From the NCBI RefSeq assembly GCF_018350175.1, contig NC_058368.1, forward strand, positions 104,162,001 through 104,226,000: DNA of 64,000 nt. The letters are read 5' to 3'. A model generated the notes under the pieces. That model did no database searches and had not been told where the DNA came from. It saw only the letters and a program-made list of their open reading frames with translations. Below are positions 12,960-25,637 of the stretch, piece after piece. This DNA is from Felis catus. Taxonomy: Eukaryota. Every line of letters begins with the position of its first letter. Positions within the stretch are counted from its first letter, which is position 1. A program made the position numbers and the translations under genes.

Positions 12960-15225
12960 CTTTTTTTTTTTTTAATTTTTTATGTTTATTTATTTTTGAA
13001 GGAGAGAGACAGAGCGTGAGTGGGGGAGGGGCAGAGAGAGAAGGAGACCCAGAATCAGAAACAGGCTCCAGGTTCTGAGCTACCAGCACAGAGCCTGACG
13101 TGGACCTCGAACCCATGAACCGTGAGATCATGACCTGAGCCAAAAGCAAACGCTTAACTGACTGAGCCACCCGGGCGCCCCCTCACTGTCCTTTCTTGGA
13201 GATCACTTCCCTCCATGGTCACTGGGCATGGCCTGTGCTTTGTCCTCAGTTTGGCCTCTTTTCCCCCACCTCAACCTCTCTAATATTACCATGCACTGAT
13301 CTATGCATTCAAAGTACAGCTCAACCCTGTTTTGTCCACGAAGCGTTCAGTCTTCCATCTGTCATGTTGGAAGTAATCCTCCCTTTTTCTGGGCTCCCAT
13401 GGCACTTTTATATTGCTATTCCGCCTGTATAAATCTTCTGAAATTCTGAGACCATTCCTTAATCCTCCTGATATTTCCCCTTGCTTTGACTTTGGTGCTT
13501 GGCACAGAGGAGACTTTTCAGTGAATGTTTATTGAATGGCTGAGGCGAGAGACATAAGGAGGAATTGGAAAGGGCACCTGGGATCTTTGGAGAGCTTTGC
13601 ACCACGCCTGACTCTAAGCACCCAACGCCCGATAACTGCCCCAAAGTATTCAAAGTATGTGCTTTCATGCAATACATTTTATTTTGCTATTTTTTGGAAT
13701 ATTGGTTTTTTCTGCTTCATCTCAGCCACGAAATTCCAAATAATGAAATTTCATGTTAATTGTGGGGCCAAATGGAGGGGATTCACAGTTGATCTTCCTT
13801 AGATTCCCATAACACCTACTGTAGGAAAGGAATACTCTGTATTTCTCATTCTACATACACATTGGGTGCCCTGACAGTTCTTTACTATTGAATGGTCTAA
13901 GGACATAATTTGTAAGATAGTCAACTAATGTTGATACAATTGTACACATCTATTCATCATTATCTTTTCAATAAACTGTTGCTGAACAATATTTTACCTT
14001 CCAGGAAAGTAACCTTGGAAGAATGTGTGCTTGTGCATAATATAACTTTGCCTCAGGCCAGAAGTCAGTATTATGTCTCGATCTCCATTGTAAAGATACA
14101 ACTTCATTGTAAATGATTTGTCCGGGTTAATAGTGGACTCTGGACTTCCTAACTGTAGTGGAAAAGAGGACCTTTAAAAAAATTTTTTTTTAATGTTTAT
14201 TTATTTTTGAAAGAGAGAGGGACAGAGTGTGAGCAGGGGAGGCACAGAGAGAGAGGCAGACACAGAATCTGAAGCAGGCTCCAGGCTCTGAGCTGTCAGC
14301 ACAGAGCCTGATACGGGGCTTGAACTCACAAGCTGTGAGATCATGACCTGAGCCAAAGTCAGATGCTTAACTGACTAAGCCACCCAGGCACCCCAAAGAG
14401 GACCATTTTTACATAAGGAAAAAAATTTAACCTACGTGGCAAGAAAACAAAACCACAAAACAAAGAGCTTTGATCACAACTGAGGACTGGACCCTTTATC
14501 TAATACAAATGTGAATTCTTTATTTCAGAAAACAGCGTTTTTCTCACAAAGACCTTAAAATGTTCCAACCAGGGGTGCCTGGATGGCTCAGTTGGTTAGG
14601 CGTCCAACTCTTGATCTCAGCTTAGGTCTCGATCTCAGGGTCATGAGTTCAAGCCCCACAATGGGCTCTGCACTGGGCATGAACCCTGCTTAAAACAAAA
14701 TATTCTAACCAACTATCATAACTTCAAAAATGCAGTTCATTTTTTTAAAAAGGATTAATCACAAGTGAACTGGACTTACTCTTTTCACAGACGTTTTTGC
14801 TTTAAGTTTTAAGGAGAGAATAGGGGACACATGTTGACAACTGAATGTAGACGGAGTGAAGTAAGATTAAGTATGATTAGTGTCTTTTATTCAGTTTCCC
14901 ACATTCATTCATGCACTCTTGTTTTTGTTCATCAAACATTTATTGAGCATATATAAGGTGTCAGATACTTAATCTGGGGAATGAATTTCAAGTTTCTGGT
15001 TTATTTCTTTTTTTAAATTTTTTAAGGTTTATTTTTAAGAGAGAGAGAGAGAGACAGAGTGCGAGTTGGGAAGGGGCAGAGAAAGAGGGAGACACAGAAT
15101 CTGAAGCAGGCTCCAGGCTCCGAGCTGTCAGCACAGAGCCTGACACGGGGCTTGAACCCACGAACCATGAGATCATGACCTGAGCTGAAGTCGGATGTTT
15201 AACCGACTGAGCCACCCAGGCACCT
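12960..15225. mobile_element. SINEs at 12960-13182(-), 14180-14394(-), 14572-14700(+, old) and 15005-15225(-), with L2 3'-end fragments near 13500 and 14900
   Basis: SINE bodies; L2 termini (TGGCACAG...AATGTTTATTGAATG; CATTCATTCA...AAACATTTATTGAGCA). Confidence 0.8.
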
Positions 15226-15258
15226 CTCTGGTCTATTTCTATAAGGAATTTTATTCTG

Positions 15259-15428
15259 TAGTGGTTCTTGAAATTTAGTGTACATCAGAATTGCCTGGAA
15301 ATTTTATTAAAGCACAGATTTATGGGCCCCACATCCAGAGATTCTAATTCAGTAGGTCTGAGATGGGGCCCAAGAATTTGCATTTATTTATACATTTATT
15401 TATTCATTTATTTATTTGCTTTTTTATT

Positions 15429-15477
<49 letters not shown>

Positions 15478-15703
15478 CAAGCAGGGGAGGGACAGAGAGA
15501 AAGACAGAATCCCAAGCAGGCTCCACGCCATCAGGGCAGAGCCCGATGCGGGGCTCAATCTCACAAACTATGAGATCATGACCTGAGCTGAGATTAAGAG
15601 TCAGACACTCAATGAACTGAGCCACGCAGGCAGCCCAAGAATTTGAATTTTTAACACACTGCCAGGTGAAGTTTATGTGTAGACCAGACTCTAAGTAACA
15701 GTG
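15259..15703. mobile_element. MER5A-like hAT-Charlie DNA transposon split by a - strand SINE (15385-15635)
   Basis: CATCAGAATTGCCTGGA...GGGCCCCAC.TCCAGAGATTCTAATTCAGTAGGTCTG.GATGGGGCCCAAGAATTTGCATTT. Confidence 0.75.
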
Positions 15704-16164
15704 CATCTTTGTAGAAAGGGCTGCTATGCAAGAAGCCTACTGTGGCCAGTCCTTCCTTAAATGTGATAGTTTGTCCAAAGGTATTCCAAGCCACAGCCCC
15801 CACAGCTAATACAGACTTAGAGAATCTGGACTATGGGTAAGTGGTATTCACTCCCTAGAAGCAGTGACGATGTTTCTGCTGCTGCTACTTCAGGGCATTT
15901 ACCATCAGGAAGCATTCTGATGGATAGGTGTTAGTGCCATACGGTGTGTAAGTTATTGTCATTACCATCCCTTCCCAGAGAGTTCAGACCTGTCTTTTGA
16001 AAATAGGACATACTAGGAACAGTGAGAGAAGAGCCATCCTTCCCCACCAGATATGGAGTGCTGAGTCTTGAGTACTGGACCAGAAGCTGGTCACGGACAG
16101 TATATTCTGGGGCAAACAGAGACAACATTGACTTGAAGAACTTGAAGGGAGCAAAGATGGCTTA

Positions 16165-16590
16165 AACTGGATACGAAAGCACTAACCATAAAGGGAATAT
16201 TGAAATGTTGGACTTCATTAAAATTAAAAACCTATTTTCATGGGGCACCTGGCTGGCTCAGTGGGTTGAGTGTCCAACTTCAGCTCAGGTCATGATCTTG
16301 CGGTTCGTGAGGTCGAGCCCCATGTTGGGCTCTGGGCTGACAGCTCAGAGCCTGGAGCTGGCTTCGGATTCTGTGTCCTCCTTTCTCTGGCCCTCCCCCG
16401 CTCATGCTCTATCTCTCAAAGAGTAAATAAATCGGTTTTAAAAAATTAAAAAAAAAAACTTTTCATCATAAGACTCCATTAAGAGAGTGGACAAGGAGAG
16501 AGTCACAGATTGGTAGAAAATGAAATACATAAATCCGAAGACCTCCATTCAGAAAGTGTAAAGAGCTTCTTCAAATAATAGGAAACAGAT
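16165..16590 (+). mobile_element. Old L1 ORF2 fragment containing a SINE (16242-16458)
   Basis: AAAGCACTAACCATAAAG...TTGGACTTCATTAAAATTAAAAAC L1 signature. Confidence 0.7.
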
Positions 16591-16593
16591 GAG

Positions 16594-17616
16594 TGTAGGG
16601 AAGGACATTTTTAACTTTTTTCACGTATCTTCCCAGGTTCTTCTTCTGGGCCCCTGTAAAGTAGGCTGACAAAGGACCGATTAAAAAGAGAAAAACAAAC
16701 AGAAGTGTGTTACTACATGCAACATGCATACAAATGGGAGTATGCAGTGATGAGTAACTCAAAACAATGTTAGAACTTGAGTTTTATAGCATCTTAACAA
16801 AAGAATCATAATTTTGTAGAGAGTTGACAAAACAAAAGGGCTTTGAGCTTACAGAGGTTGCAGATTGAAGAGGGTGGTATTTGGAGAAACCATTGGTAGA
16901 TAAGGGCCAATTTAAGCAAGATTTGTTATACAGTGTGGGTGCCTGGGTGGCTCAGTCTGTTAGCGTCCAACTCAGTTTGAGTCATGATTTCATGGTCGGT
17001 GGGTTCGAGCCCCGCCTCGGGCTCTGTGCTGACAGCTCGGAGCCTGCAGCCTGCTTCGGATTCTGTGTGTCCCTCTCTCTCTGCCCCACCCCCGCTGGTT
17101 CTCTCTCTCTCTCTTTCAAAAATAAATAAACATTTAAAAAATTAAAAAAAAAAAAGATTTGCTATATAGATTCCTCTGGGCTGATAAGGGTGTAGAGTTG
17201 TCTCTGATGATTAACTTCTGTTTTCCTTGGTAGAGATGGAAGTTGGGGACAACTTCACAAGTGGATTTCCTGCATTGCCTGGGTGGTTCAGTCGATTAAG
17301 CATCTGACTCTTGATTGTGGCTCAGGTCATGATCTCATGGTTTGTGGGATCCAGTCCAATGAGGCTCCACAGTGATAGCACAGGATCCTGCATGGGATTC
17401 TCTCTCTCCCTCTCTCTCTGTCCCTTCCCTCTTCATCCCCCCCTCAAATAAATAAATAAACTTAAAAAAAAACACAACAAATGATTTCCTGTTTTAGGCA
17501 AGTAGTGGGAAGGCAGAGAGCTTTTCTTGTATCTGCATCTTCTCAATTGCCCTTAGCTCAAAATAATCCTTATGCCAAACTGACATATCTGGGAATGGCA
17601 TATTCTACTACCCTTA
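16594..17616 (-). mobile_element. MER34-like ERV1 solo LTR interrupted by two SINEs (16937-17155, 17272-17472)
   Basis: Reverse complement begins AGAATATGCCATTCCCAGATATGTCAGTTTGGCATAAGGATTATTTTGAGCTAAGGGCAATTGAGAA (recalled MER34 5' end) and ends ...CCCTACA. Confidence 0.7.
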
Positions 17617-17627
17617 ATTAGCAATTC

Positions 17628-17852
17628 ATTTTTTTAAACTTTTTTTTTTTCAACGTTTATTTGTTTTTGGGACAGAGAGAGACAGAGCATGAACGGGGGA
17701 AGGGCAGAGAGAGAAGGAGACACAGAATCGGAAACAGGCTCCAGGCTCCGAGCCATCAGCCCAGAGCCCGACGCGGGGCTCGAACTCACGGACCGCGAGA
17801 TCGTGACCTGGCTGAAGTCGGATGCTTAACCGACTGCGCCACCCAGGCGCCC
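17628..17852 (-). mobile_element. Young SINEC_Fc
   Basis: TSD AGCAATTCATTTTTTTAAA. Confidence 0.9.
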
Positions 17853-18039
17853 AGCAATTCATTTTTTTAAATGGAGCAAAGACAAACAGGTGTTAAACAA
17901 AAGGGAGTCTTCTCTGCTCTCTGGCAGCGTGAGGAAAAAGCATGCTCTTTATTCTCTACAAACTTCTCGTCTCCTCTGGCAAGTCTTGGGCAAATCACAC
18001 GCGCACATGCACGCACACTGTCTCTCTTTTCTGTTAATA

Positions 18040-18630
18040 CGTTTCTATTTTGACATTATCGAGACTCACAAGAATTTGTAAAAATAGGACAAAGAGTTCC
18101 CATGCGTTCTATACTCGGCTTCCACGATGATCGTATCTTATATAACCATAGTAATTGGTCAAAACCAGGAAAGTGGTTTTGTTAAAACACTATTAATTCA
18201 GGTGTAGAGATACAGAATTTATTTGGACTTCACCAGTTCTTAGATGCACTCTTTTTGGGGGGGCGGAGAGGAGTATATAGCTCTGTGAAATGTTATCAAA
18301 AGTATAGATTCAACTCACCATCATGACCGGCTAGCACGCAGGGCGGTTTCATTACCACAAAGAAACTCTCTCACGTTACCTATTGATAGTCACGTCTTTC
18401 CCCTGGATCTACTACTATTGATCTGTGTTCCAGCACTATAATTTTGTCACTTCATGAATGTCATAGTAATAGAATCCTACAGTATGCAACCCTTTGACGT
18501 CGGCTTTTCTAGGTGTAATGCTGTTGAGATCCATCCAATGTTTTGCACGTATCAGTAGTTTATTGTTCTTTACTGCTGAAGAGTATTCCACCATATGGAT
18601 CTACCATAATTTGTTTGTCCATTCTTCCAG
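18040..18630 (-). mobile_element. Old L1 (L1MC/ME-like) 3' region
   Basis: TTGAGATCCATCCA.TG...GTATCAGTAGTTTATTG.TCTTTA.TGCTGA..AGTATTCCA..ATATGGAT. Confidence 0.7.
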
Positions 18631-18649
18631 TCACTATCCTTTGACTTGC

Positions 18650-18895
18650 ATGCTGGAGGGTCCCCAGAGCACTTACAAGTCCAGGGCTTCATTAGGATGC
18701 CCTCACAAAACTCAGTGTATAGTTATACTCACGGCTGTGATTTACTACAATAGAAAGACAGAAGCAACCAACATCAGCGAGGGGAGAAGGCACATGGTGT
18801 GAAGTCCAGGGACAGTTGGCATCAACTTCCAGGAGTCTTCTTGCTGTGGAGTCCCCTAGAACATGCTTGATTCCCCCAGCAATGAGTTGTGAGTA
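18650..18895. mobile_element. MER21-like LTR fragment
   Basis: CTCACAAAACTCAG...ATACTCACGGCTGTGATTTACTACA...CCCCCAGCAATGAGTTGTGA matches the recalled MER21 pattern. Confidence 0.6.
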
Positions 18896-19468
18896 TTCTG
18901 TTCTTTGGTTGCTCGGAATAACAAACTTGTTCACCCTTTTGGTCTTCCTGGGGAGTTAAAATAATTATGGGCAACCACAGCAAGGCTCGTTGCCATCCTG
19001 ATATTGGAAGGCACAGATCATGGTTGCCCTGGAATCTTCCTGAACAATTGCATGTGCATTTTATCCTGATTGCTAGTTGACCTGTCCTTGACTCATGCTA
19101 CCTTTCAGAGGAGAGAGAAGCTTTAGAGAGTGAAAGGAATCAGGACAAATTCCAGGGTTTGCCACTTGATGAGTGTAGAGCCAAAAGACACAATCTCGGC
19201 AAGGAATAGGAAAAGGAAGGGTTTGGGTTCACCAGTAAGTAAAGGAGAACACCAGATATCTTTCCCAAAGCAGCATCCCCCCGAACAACACAACTGGGGA
19301 AGTTTTAAGCTAAAGTTGCATATAGATTCACGAAGGAACTTGCACAATGGAGAATGCAGCATGGAAATGGGTCAAAAGTCATTTTAAGGTGTCTGAGTCC
19401 AGGTCAAGGTCACGATTCTTACATTCTTTCACGTGATGGCTGGCAGCCTAAAATGACGTTTTAAAAAA

Positions 19469-21503
19469 TTTTTTTAATGTTTACTTAGTTTTGAGAGAGA
19501 CACAGAGTGTGAGCAGAGGAGGAGCACAGAGTGAGGGAGACACAGAATCCAAAGCAGGCTCCAGGCACAGCACAGAGCCTGATGTGGGGCTTAAACCCAT
19601 GAGCCGTGAGATTATGACCTGAGCCGAAGTTGGACACTTAACCAACTGAGCCACCCAAGTGCCCCTAAAATGACTTGTCTCGTTGCAAGAAAGCTTCTTT
19701 TTCTGGGCACCCCTAACTGTTTCTGCTTACAGGAGATGCGGAGGGTTTGAATCATGGGTGAGATGTGAGCAGATAAGTACTGGAAAGAAGTTACTACATC
19801 TGGGGAAATATGAACAGAGGCAACAAGGAAGGAAAAAGCCATTGCGTTTGCAGGATGGTGAGAATATCCTGGGCAGAGCAGGAGTTTTCTCTTGGGAAAT
19901 AAAAGAAGGTAATTGTAGGAAAAGGGACTCAGCTTATTGAGGACTTTAAATCGTCAAACGAGTGAGTAAAATAGGTTACTATGGAGAGTTATGTTAATGA
20001 TCAAAATAGGGTTTTAGAAAAATGAATCTGTCAATAGTTCCAAGGATGGATGGGAGATTAAGAGAATAAGGACATTTGTTTGGAAATACACCCAGGTGAG
20101 AAGGCCCAGATTAGGATCAAAGCAATGTGCATGGAAAATAGGGGGCTCCCTCTCGACAGATTATTATTAGTGTGAATCATGTGCACAAGAGAGGCTTGTG
20201 CACGTGGAGACAGGATAGACCTATACAGGAAGAGTTTCACTGCACTTAGTAGTTACCTTTATAAATGAGGTCGGTAAGGCAGTATTAGGGAGAGCCATTT
20301 TAACCTCCACAAAAAGTTGTAAAATTAAAAAACAGATAATAACACAGAGAGGAAAACAGGTCATACAGAGAGGAAAAAAAATCAACGTGTGGTATAGGAA
20401 GCAGCAAACAGTGCTTTTTTTAATGGTGAAGTATTTTTTTAAAAGCCATGTAGTGTGACTAATCTGTTTTCCCTTTCAGAGATGGTTCATTTAAGTACAG
20501 CTTCATTAGGAAGGAATAGATAAGGCACCCAAGGTCAAGATCCGACCCACTTTGTTACCTTATGAAAATTCATGAAGGGGGAGATATCTAAGATCTGATG
20601 CATTGGAAAAAAGGTCTGAGGTGATGTGTGAATGTGCGTTTTTAATGAAAGCGGGAAAAACCTTTCTTAACGTTTATTTTATTTTTGAGACAGAGAGAGA
20701 CAGAGCATGAAGGGGGGAGGGGCAGAGAGAGAGGGAGACACAGAATCGGAAGCAGGCTCCAGGCTCTGAGCCATCAGCCCAGAGCCTGACACGGGGCTCG
20801 AACTCACAGACCGTGAGATCGTGACCTGAGCTGAAGTCAGACGCTTAACCGACTGAGCCACCCAGGCGCCCCAGGAAAAACCTTTCTAACGGTGTCACTA
20901 GCTCCGATTTCCTCATTGAGAATCACTCAGCTGTCACTTCTCCAGTTATTAAAAAGAAGTCATTCCTGGAGCGAGTTATTTATTTATCAGAAAACAAGTA
21001 AGTTACCACCAAGCTTCAGAGATAGAACGTGTCTCAAGGAAGCAGTAATCAGAGTAAAAACCCTTTGTCCAGCTGCTCTGGGAGATGTGCAAGCACCGTC
21101 TCCCCCTTCCCCGTGTCTGTCACCACACTCTGCTCACATGGGGCTTCTTTCTGTATTTCAAACATGCCAAGTTGGCCCCCATCTCAGAACTACCTGGGAT
21201 GCTCTTCCCAAGAGCTTCATACGGCTCACTCCTTCTCATTATTCAGTTTTTAAAGAGACAATCCTCTGGTTTTTTTTTTTCTTTCTTTCTTTCTTTCTTT
21301 TTTTTTTAGTTTATTTTGAGAGACAGAAACAGTGTGATTGGGGGAGGGGCAGAGAGAGAGAGGGAGAGAGGGAAAATCCCAAGCAGGCTCCGCCCTGTCA
21401 GCATGGAGCCCCATAGGGGTCTCAAACTCACGAAACCGTGAGATCATGACCTGAGCCGAAATCAAGAATCGGATGCTTAACCGACTGAGCCATCTAGGCG
21501 CCC
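19469..21503 (-). mobile_element. Three - strand SINEs (19469-19665, 20666-20873, 21269-21503) among L2 remnants
   Basis: SINE bodies with TSDs (e.g. GGAAAAACCTTTCT). Confidence 0.85.
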
Positions 21504-21523
21504 CATAAAGTGACTCTCCTCTT

Positions 21524-21526
<3 letters not shown>

Positions 21527-21568
<42 letters not shown>
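21527..21568. repeat. (TG)n microsatellite
   Basis: About 21 perfect TG units. Confidence 0.95.
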
Positions 21569-21570
<2 letters not shown>

Positions 21571-21590
21571 CTCTCCTCTTCTTAGGGAGG

Positions 21591-22031
21591 TACAGTGGAT
21601 GCTGTTGGGTGGCCTGCCCATATCCCTCTTAACGGGCTGTGTGTTCATCCCCCAGATGCCGTGGGTGTTGGCTGCTCAAGGCTCAGGGCTTTGTTCTTTT
21701 ATGAAAGATTGCCCCTGGCTGACAGGAGCCTCCTCACCTAGTGGTGGTCCTGGAGACGATGGCCGAAGATTACATCCTCCCACCCAGGGGAGGGACGTGG
21801 CCAAGTGATGGAGGGACACCAGCCTCCTCACCTCTGGGTGGGACAGCTTTTTGGTGCAGTTCACGATTCAGGGCTTCCCATGGGATCAAGCTGAGACTAG
21901 ACTCCTTCCTAAGGACGTGAAATTGCCAAACTTCATCCGCTGCTGTATGCTACTTTTCCCACTCTCCTTAAGATCACTGAAACGGGAATTCCCACCCTTG
22001 GCTCTGTTCACCGGGAACATAATCTAAGATA
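21591..22031 (+). mobile_element. LTR16-like ERV-L 5' LTR
   Basis: Starts ..AGTGGATGCTG, contains GTGTTGGCTGCT..GGCTCA, ends GGGAACATAATCTAAGATA directly before a PBS. Confidence 0.7.
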
Positions 22032-25000
22032 GTTGGTGCAGAAGTGGAGTAGATCTAGAATTTGGGATTGGGAAAATCAACCACTAGATGGCAGTGTGAA
22101 ACCCCATCATTGTCAGTGGGTAAAAAACGTTAGCCTTTATAACTTGCTGGAGCGGGGCCTTTGCTGAGATTTTTACCTGTAGCAACTGGGACAAAATACA
22201 GGTAGAAGAGAATGCGTTCAATTGTGCAAGGATGCTGGCAAATATTTAACATGTTTGGGGAAAACAGGAGAGGCTTGGGTCACAGGACTGCTTGTATTAT
22301 TTTTGCAACTTCTGAGTCTGTAGTTATTTCAAAATCAAAAGTTAAAAATAAAAAGCAAGCACGGTGTGCCTGGGTGGCGCAGTCGGTTAAGCGTCCGACT
22401 TCAGCCAGGTCACGATCTCGCAGTCCGTGAGTTCGAGCCCCGCGTCGGGCTCTGGGCTGATGGCTCGGAGCCTGGAGCCTGTTTCCAATTCTGTGTCTCC
22501 CTCTCTCTCTGCCCTCCCCCGTTCATGCTCTGTCTCTCTCTGTCCCAAAAATAAATAAACGTTGAAAAAAAAAATAAAAAGCAAGCAGGGCGCTGGGTGG
22601 CCCAGTTGGTTAAGAGTCCAACTCTTAGTTTCAGCTCAGGTCATGATCTCACGGTGTGTGAGTTCGAGCCCCACATCGGGCTCCGTGCTGATAGCACAGA
22701 GCCTGCTTGGGATTCTCTGTCTCCCTCTCTCTCTGCCCCTCCTCCACTCACTCTCTCTGCCTCTCTCTCAAAAATAAATAAATAAAACTTTCAAAAAAAT
22801 TTTTAAAAATAAAAATAAATTAAAAGCAAGGAAATAAACTGCCGTAATGTGAAAACAATACTGTATCGTAGGTGAAATGGTGGGTGTCTGTAGCATCCTC
22901 AAGGAGGTAAGAGATACGGAGACAATAGTTCCCACGTAACTGCCATGCAATTCAATAGCTTTTCCCCTCCGAAAAGTAAATGAATTGTGGCCCATGACTT
23001 GGATTACCAGAAACTCAAGCAAATAGCAGCCCGAATCAAAGTTGCTTGACTGAATGTGGTACCTTTACTAAAACAAATTAATATAGCTTTTGGTATGTGG
23101 TGTGGCAAATACTTCTTTTCTATGCCCATCAGAAAGGTGGGTCAGAAAGAGTTGGCATTTACAAGGAATGGATCATAGTATACACCTGCAACTTTGCCTC
23201 AGGCCGATTTTATTGCACCTAGGCTCTGTCATAATGAATCCAAAGGGACCTCGATCATGTGGATGGTCCACAGAATATCACTCTGGTCAGTCATATCGAT
23301 AGCATGTTAAGTGAATCTGATAAGAAGGAAATGGCAAGTGGTCGAGAATGCTGGTAAGACACAAGCCCTTCAGGGGCTGGAAGATAAAAACTAAAAAGAC
23401 GAAGAAGTCTGCCACAAAATAAACATTTTTTTTTAAAGCTTGATTATTTATTTTGAGAGAGGGAGTGAGAGCGAGTGGTGGAGGGGCAGAGAGAAGGAGA
23501 ATCCCGAGCAGGCTCCACACTGTCAGCACAGACCCCGATGTGAGCCTCAAACTCATGGACTGTGAGATCATGACTTGAGCCAAAATCAAGCCAGTCGTTT
23601 CACCGACTGAGCTACCCAGGTGCCCCCACAAAGTAAACATTTTTAGAGGCACAGCGTTCTGGGGCTTACCAGGACATCTTTTCTCTGCTAAAGGATAAGA
23701 AATTGCACCTTGTGCCGCTTGCCACTAAAAAAGGCACAGAAGATACAGGCATTTTGGAGGCAGTATTTATCACATCTGGGAAACACTGCTCTGGTCTAGC
23801 ACCAGTTTAACTGGGACTCAGAGCAGAAGAGAGCCCTGTTGTGGATCCAGGTTAGAGCATAAGAAACAGTGCTGCCTGGGCCATACGACCCAAAGGATTC
23901 TAGGGTACGAGGTTGATCCATGGTAAATAAAAATGCTGTGTGAAATACTCAGGAAGCCCAAATGTGACCGTTGCAGGGTACTTGGGCAAGGCCATGCCAC
24001 CTGCAGCAGAGAACTACGCACTTGTCTGAGCAGCTTCAAATGGGAGCTTCTGACACACTGTTGGGACCCGGAAGAGACTCTTAATTACGAGACATCAGGC
24101 AATTATGCAATGAGAGCTGCCCACCCTGGGCGAAGCTTGTTCCGACCTAAGACCGGGGACCCCAGCAGCATTCCATTATAAGATGGAAACAGGGGCGCCT
24201 GGGTGGCTCAGTCGGTTAAGCGCCGACTTCAGCTCAGGTCAGGATCTCGCGGTCCGTGAGTTCGAGCCCCGCGTCGGGCTCTGGGCTGATGGCTCGGAGC
24301 CTGGAGCCTGCTTCCGATTCTGTGTCTCCCTCTCTCTCTGCCCCTCCCCCGTTCATGCTCTGTCTCTCTCTGTCCCAAAAATAAATAAACGTTGAAAAAA
24401 AAAAAAAAAGATGGAAACAGTGTGTCTTGAGACAGGACTCACGCAGGTCCCCAAGTTGTAGGTAAGCTGTACCAACGAGTACTTCAGATGGCATACCTCT
24501 CGCTTCTCTTACGTGGACTTTTCCTTAAGCTCATAGCTTCTTGAAGTTTCCCCAAGACCAATGGATGGCGGAGGACAAATCCTCATCTTGGCATGTTAAC
24601 ATGGGTTGAAAATAGACAGCTACCACAGCCCATCTGGGCTAAAAGACGGGGGTGGAAACAAATTCTGCCAGCGGGTATCTGCTTTGGTGCTCCCGGTCAC
24701 CTACTCTGTATGGAGAGAAAATGCCCCCCCCCCCAAAAGTTTATGTGGAAATTCACGGTCAGGGGCAAACGGCCTGGCAGGTCAGGTAGTGGCCTAGCAA
24801 AGAGCAAGATTAGAAAATCACGAAGGAGCACCTGGGTGGCTCAGCTGGTTAAGCCTCCAACTCTTGGTTTCAGCTCAGGTCTGTGATCTTGTGGTTTGTG
24901 GATTGGGGTCCTGCATTGGGCTCCACACTGACAGTGCAGAGCCTGCTTGGGATTCTCTCTCTCCTTCTCTCTGCCCTTCCCTCATTCATGCTCTCTCTAA

Positions 25001-25637
25001 ATAAACAAACAAACTTAAAAAAAAAATCATGAAGAAGTAGGTCTAGAGGCAAGCATGTGAATGAATCAGCGGGAGGAGGCGAGAAGTGCTAGGGAATGTT
25101 CAGCAGATCTTATCTATTACAGACAAGGCAGTAACTGACCAAGCGACAGGAAGACTCACTCAGCAGATGCCAGAGAGCTTCCATCCTCAGCCACACGAGC
25201 CCTTGCGCAACTGGCTTATGAACAGAGGAGCCGTGGTGGCAGCCGTGGGGTTTACGGGTGAGTTCAACAGCGTGGGCTGCCTCCCCTCAAGGCTGATCTA
25301 GCTATTGCCACTGCCACATATCCACCCACCAGGAATAAAGAGCACTGGAGCTCTCCCCACGGTACAACCCCTTGAGAAAACCACCCAGCTACTTGGTGGC
25401 TAAATGATCCTATCAGACCCCCTTCGTGCTAGAAAGAACAATAATTCATCCTGCGCCTAATTGTATTTATCATCAACTGTGGACCACGTGCTACAGTTAG
25501 GGCGGTAGTATGTTCCAGAAAGCCTCCTTTTATAAGTAACCAGAAATCGTACGAGCCAGAATCCTGCAGGACCTGTAACCAAACAGAGTGACATTAACAT
25601 GGGGAACAATCGGCTCTGAGTGGTACAAAGGGTGGAG
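22032..25637 (+). mobile_element. Decayed ERV-L (ERV3-16A3_I-like) internal region: tRNA-Leu-like PBS, pol remnants (RT, RNase H, integrase), PPT
   Basis: PBS TGGTGCAGAAGTGG at 22034-22047. RT peptides DYQKLKQ (23002), LCHN (23224), QNITLVSHIDSM (23271; YIDD position). RNase H LKDGGGNKFCQ..ANGLAG. IN KADLAIATA and PATWW (25385). PPT AAAGGGTGGAG at 25627-25637. Contains 5 SINEs and an L1 scrap. Confidence 0.8.

Noticed and set aside
20181..20203. Perfect 9-bp hairpin GTGCACAAG-N5-CTTGTGCAC
   Set aside because: A stem of this length is expected by chance in 64 kb and is too short for a pre-miRNA.
20892..21416. 174-aa ORF
   Set aside because: GTG start; runs through L2-like sequence into a SINE poly(T) tail; no domain.
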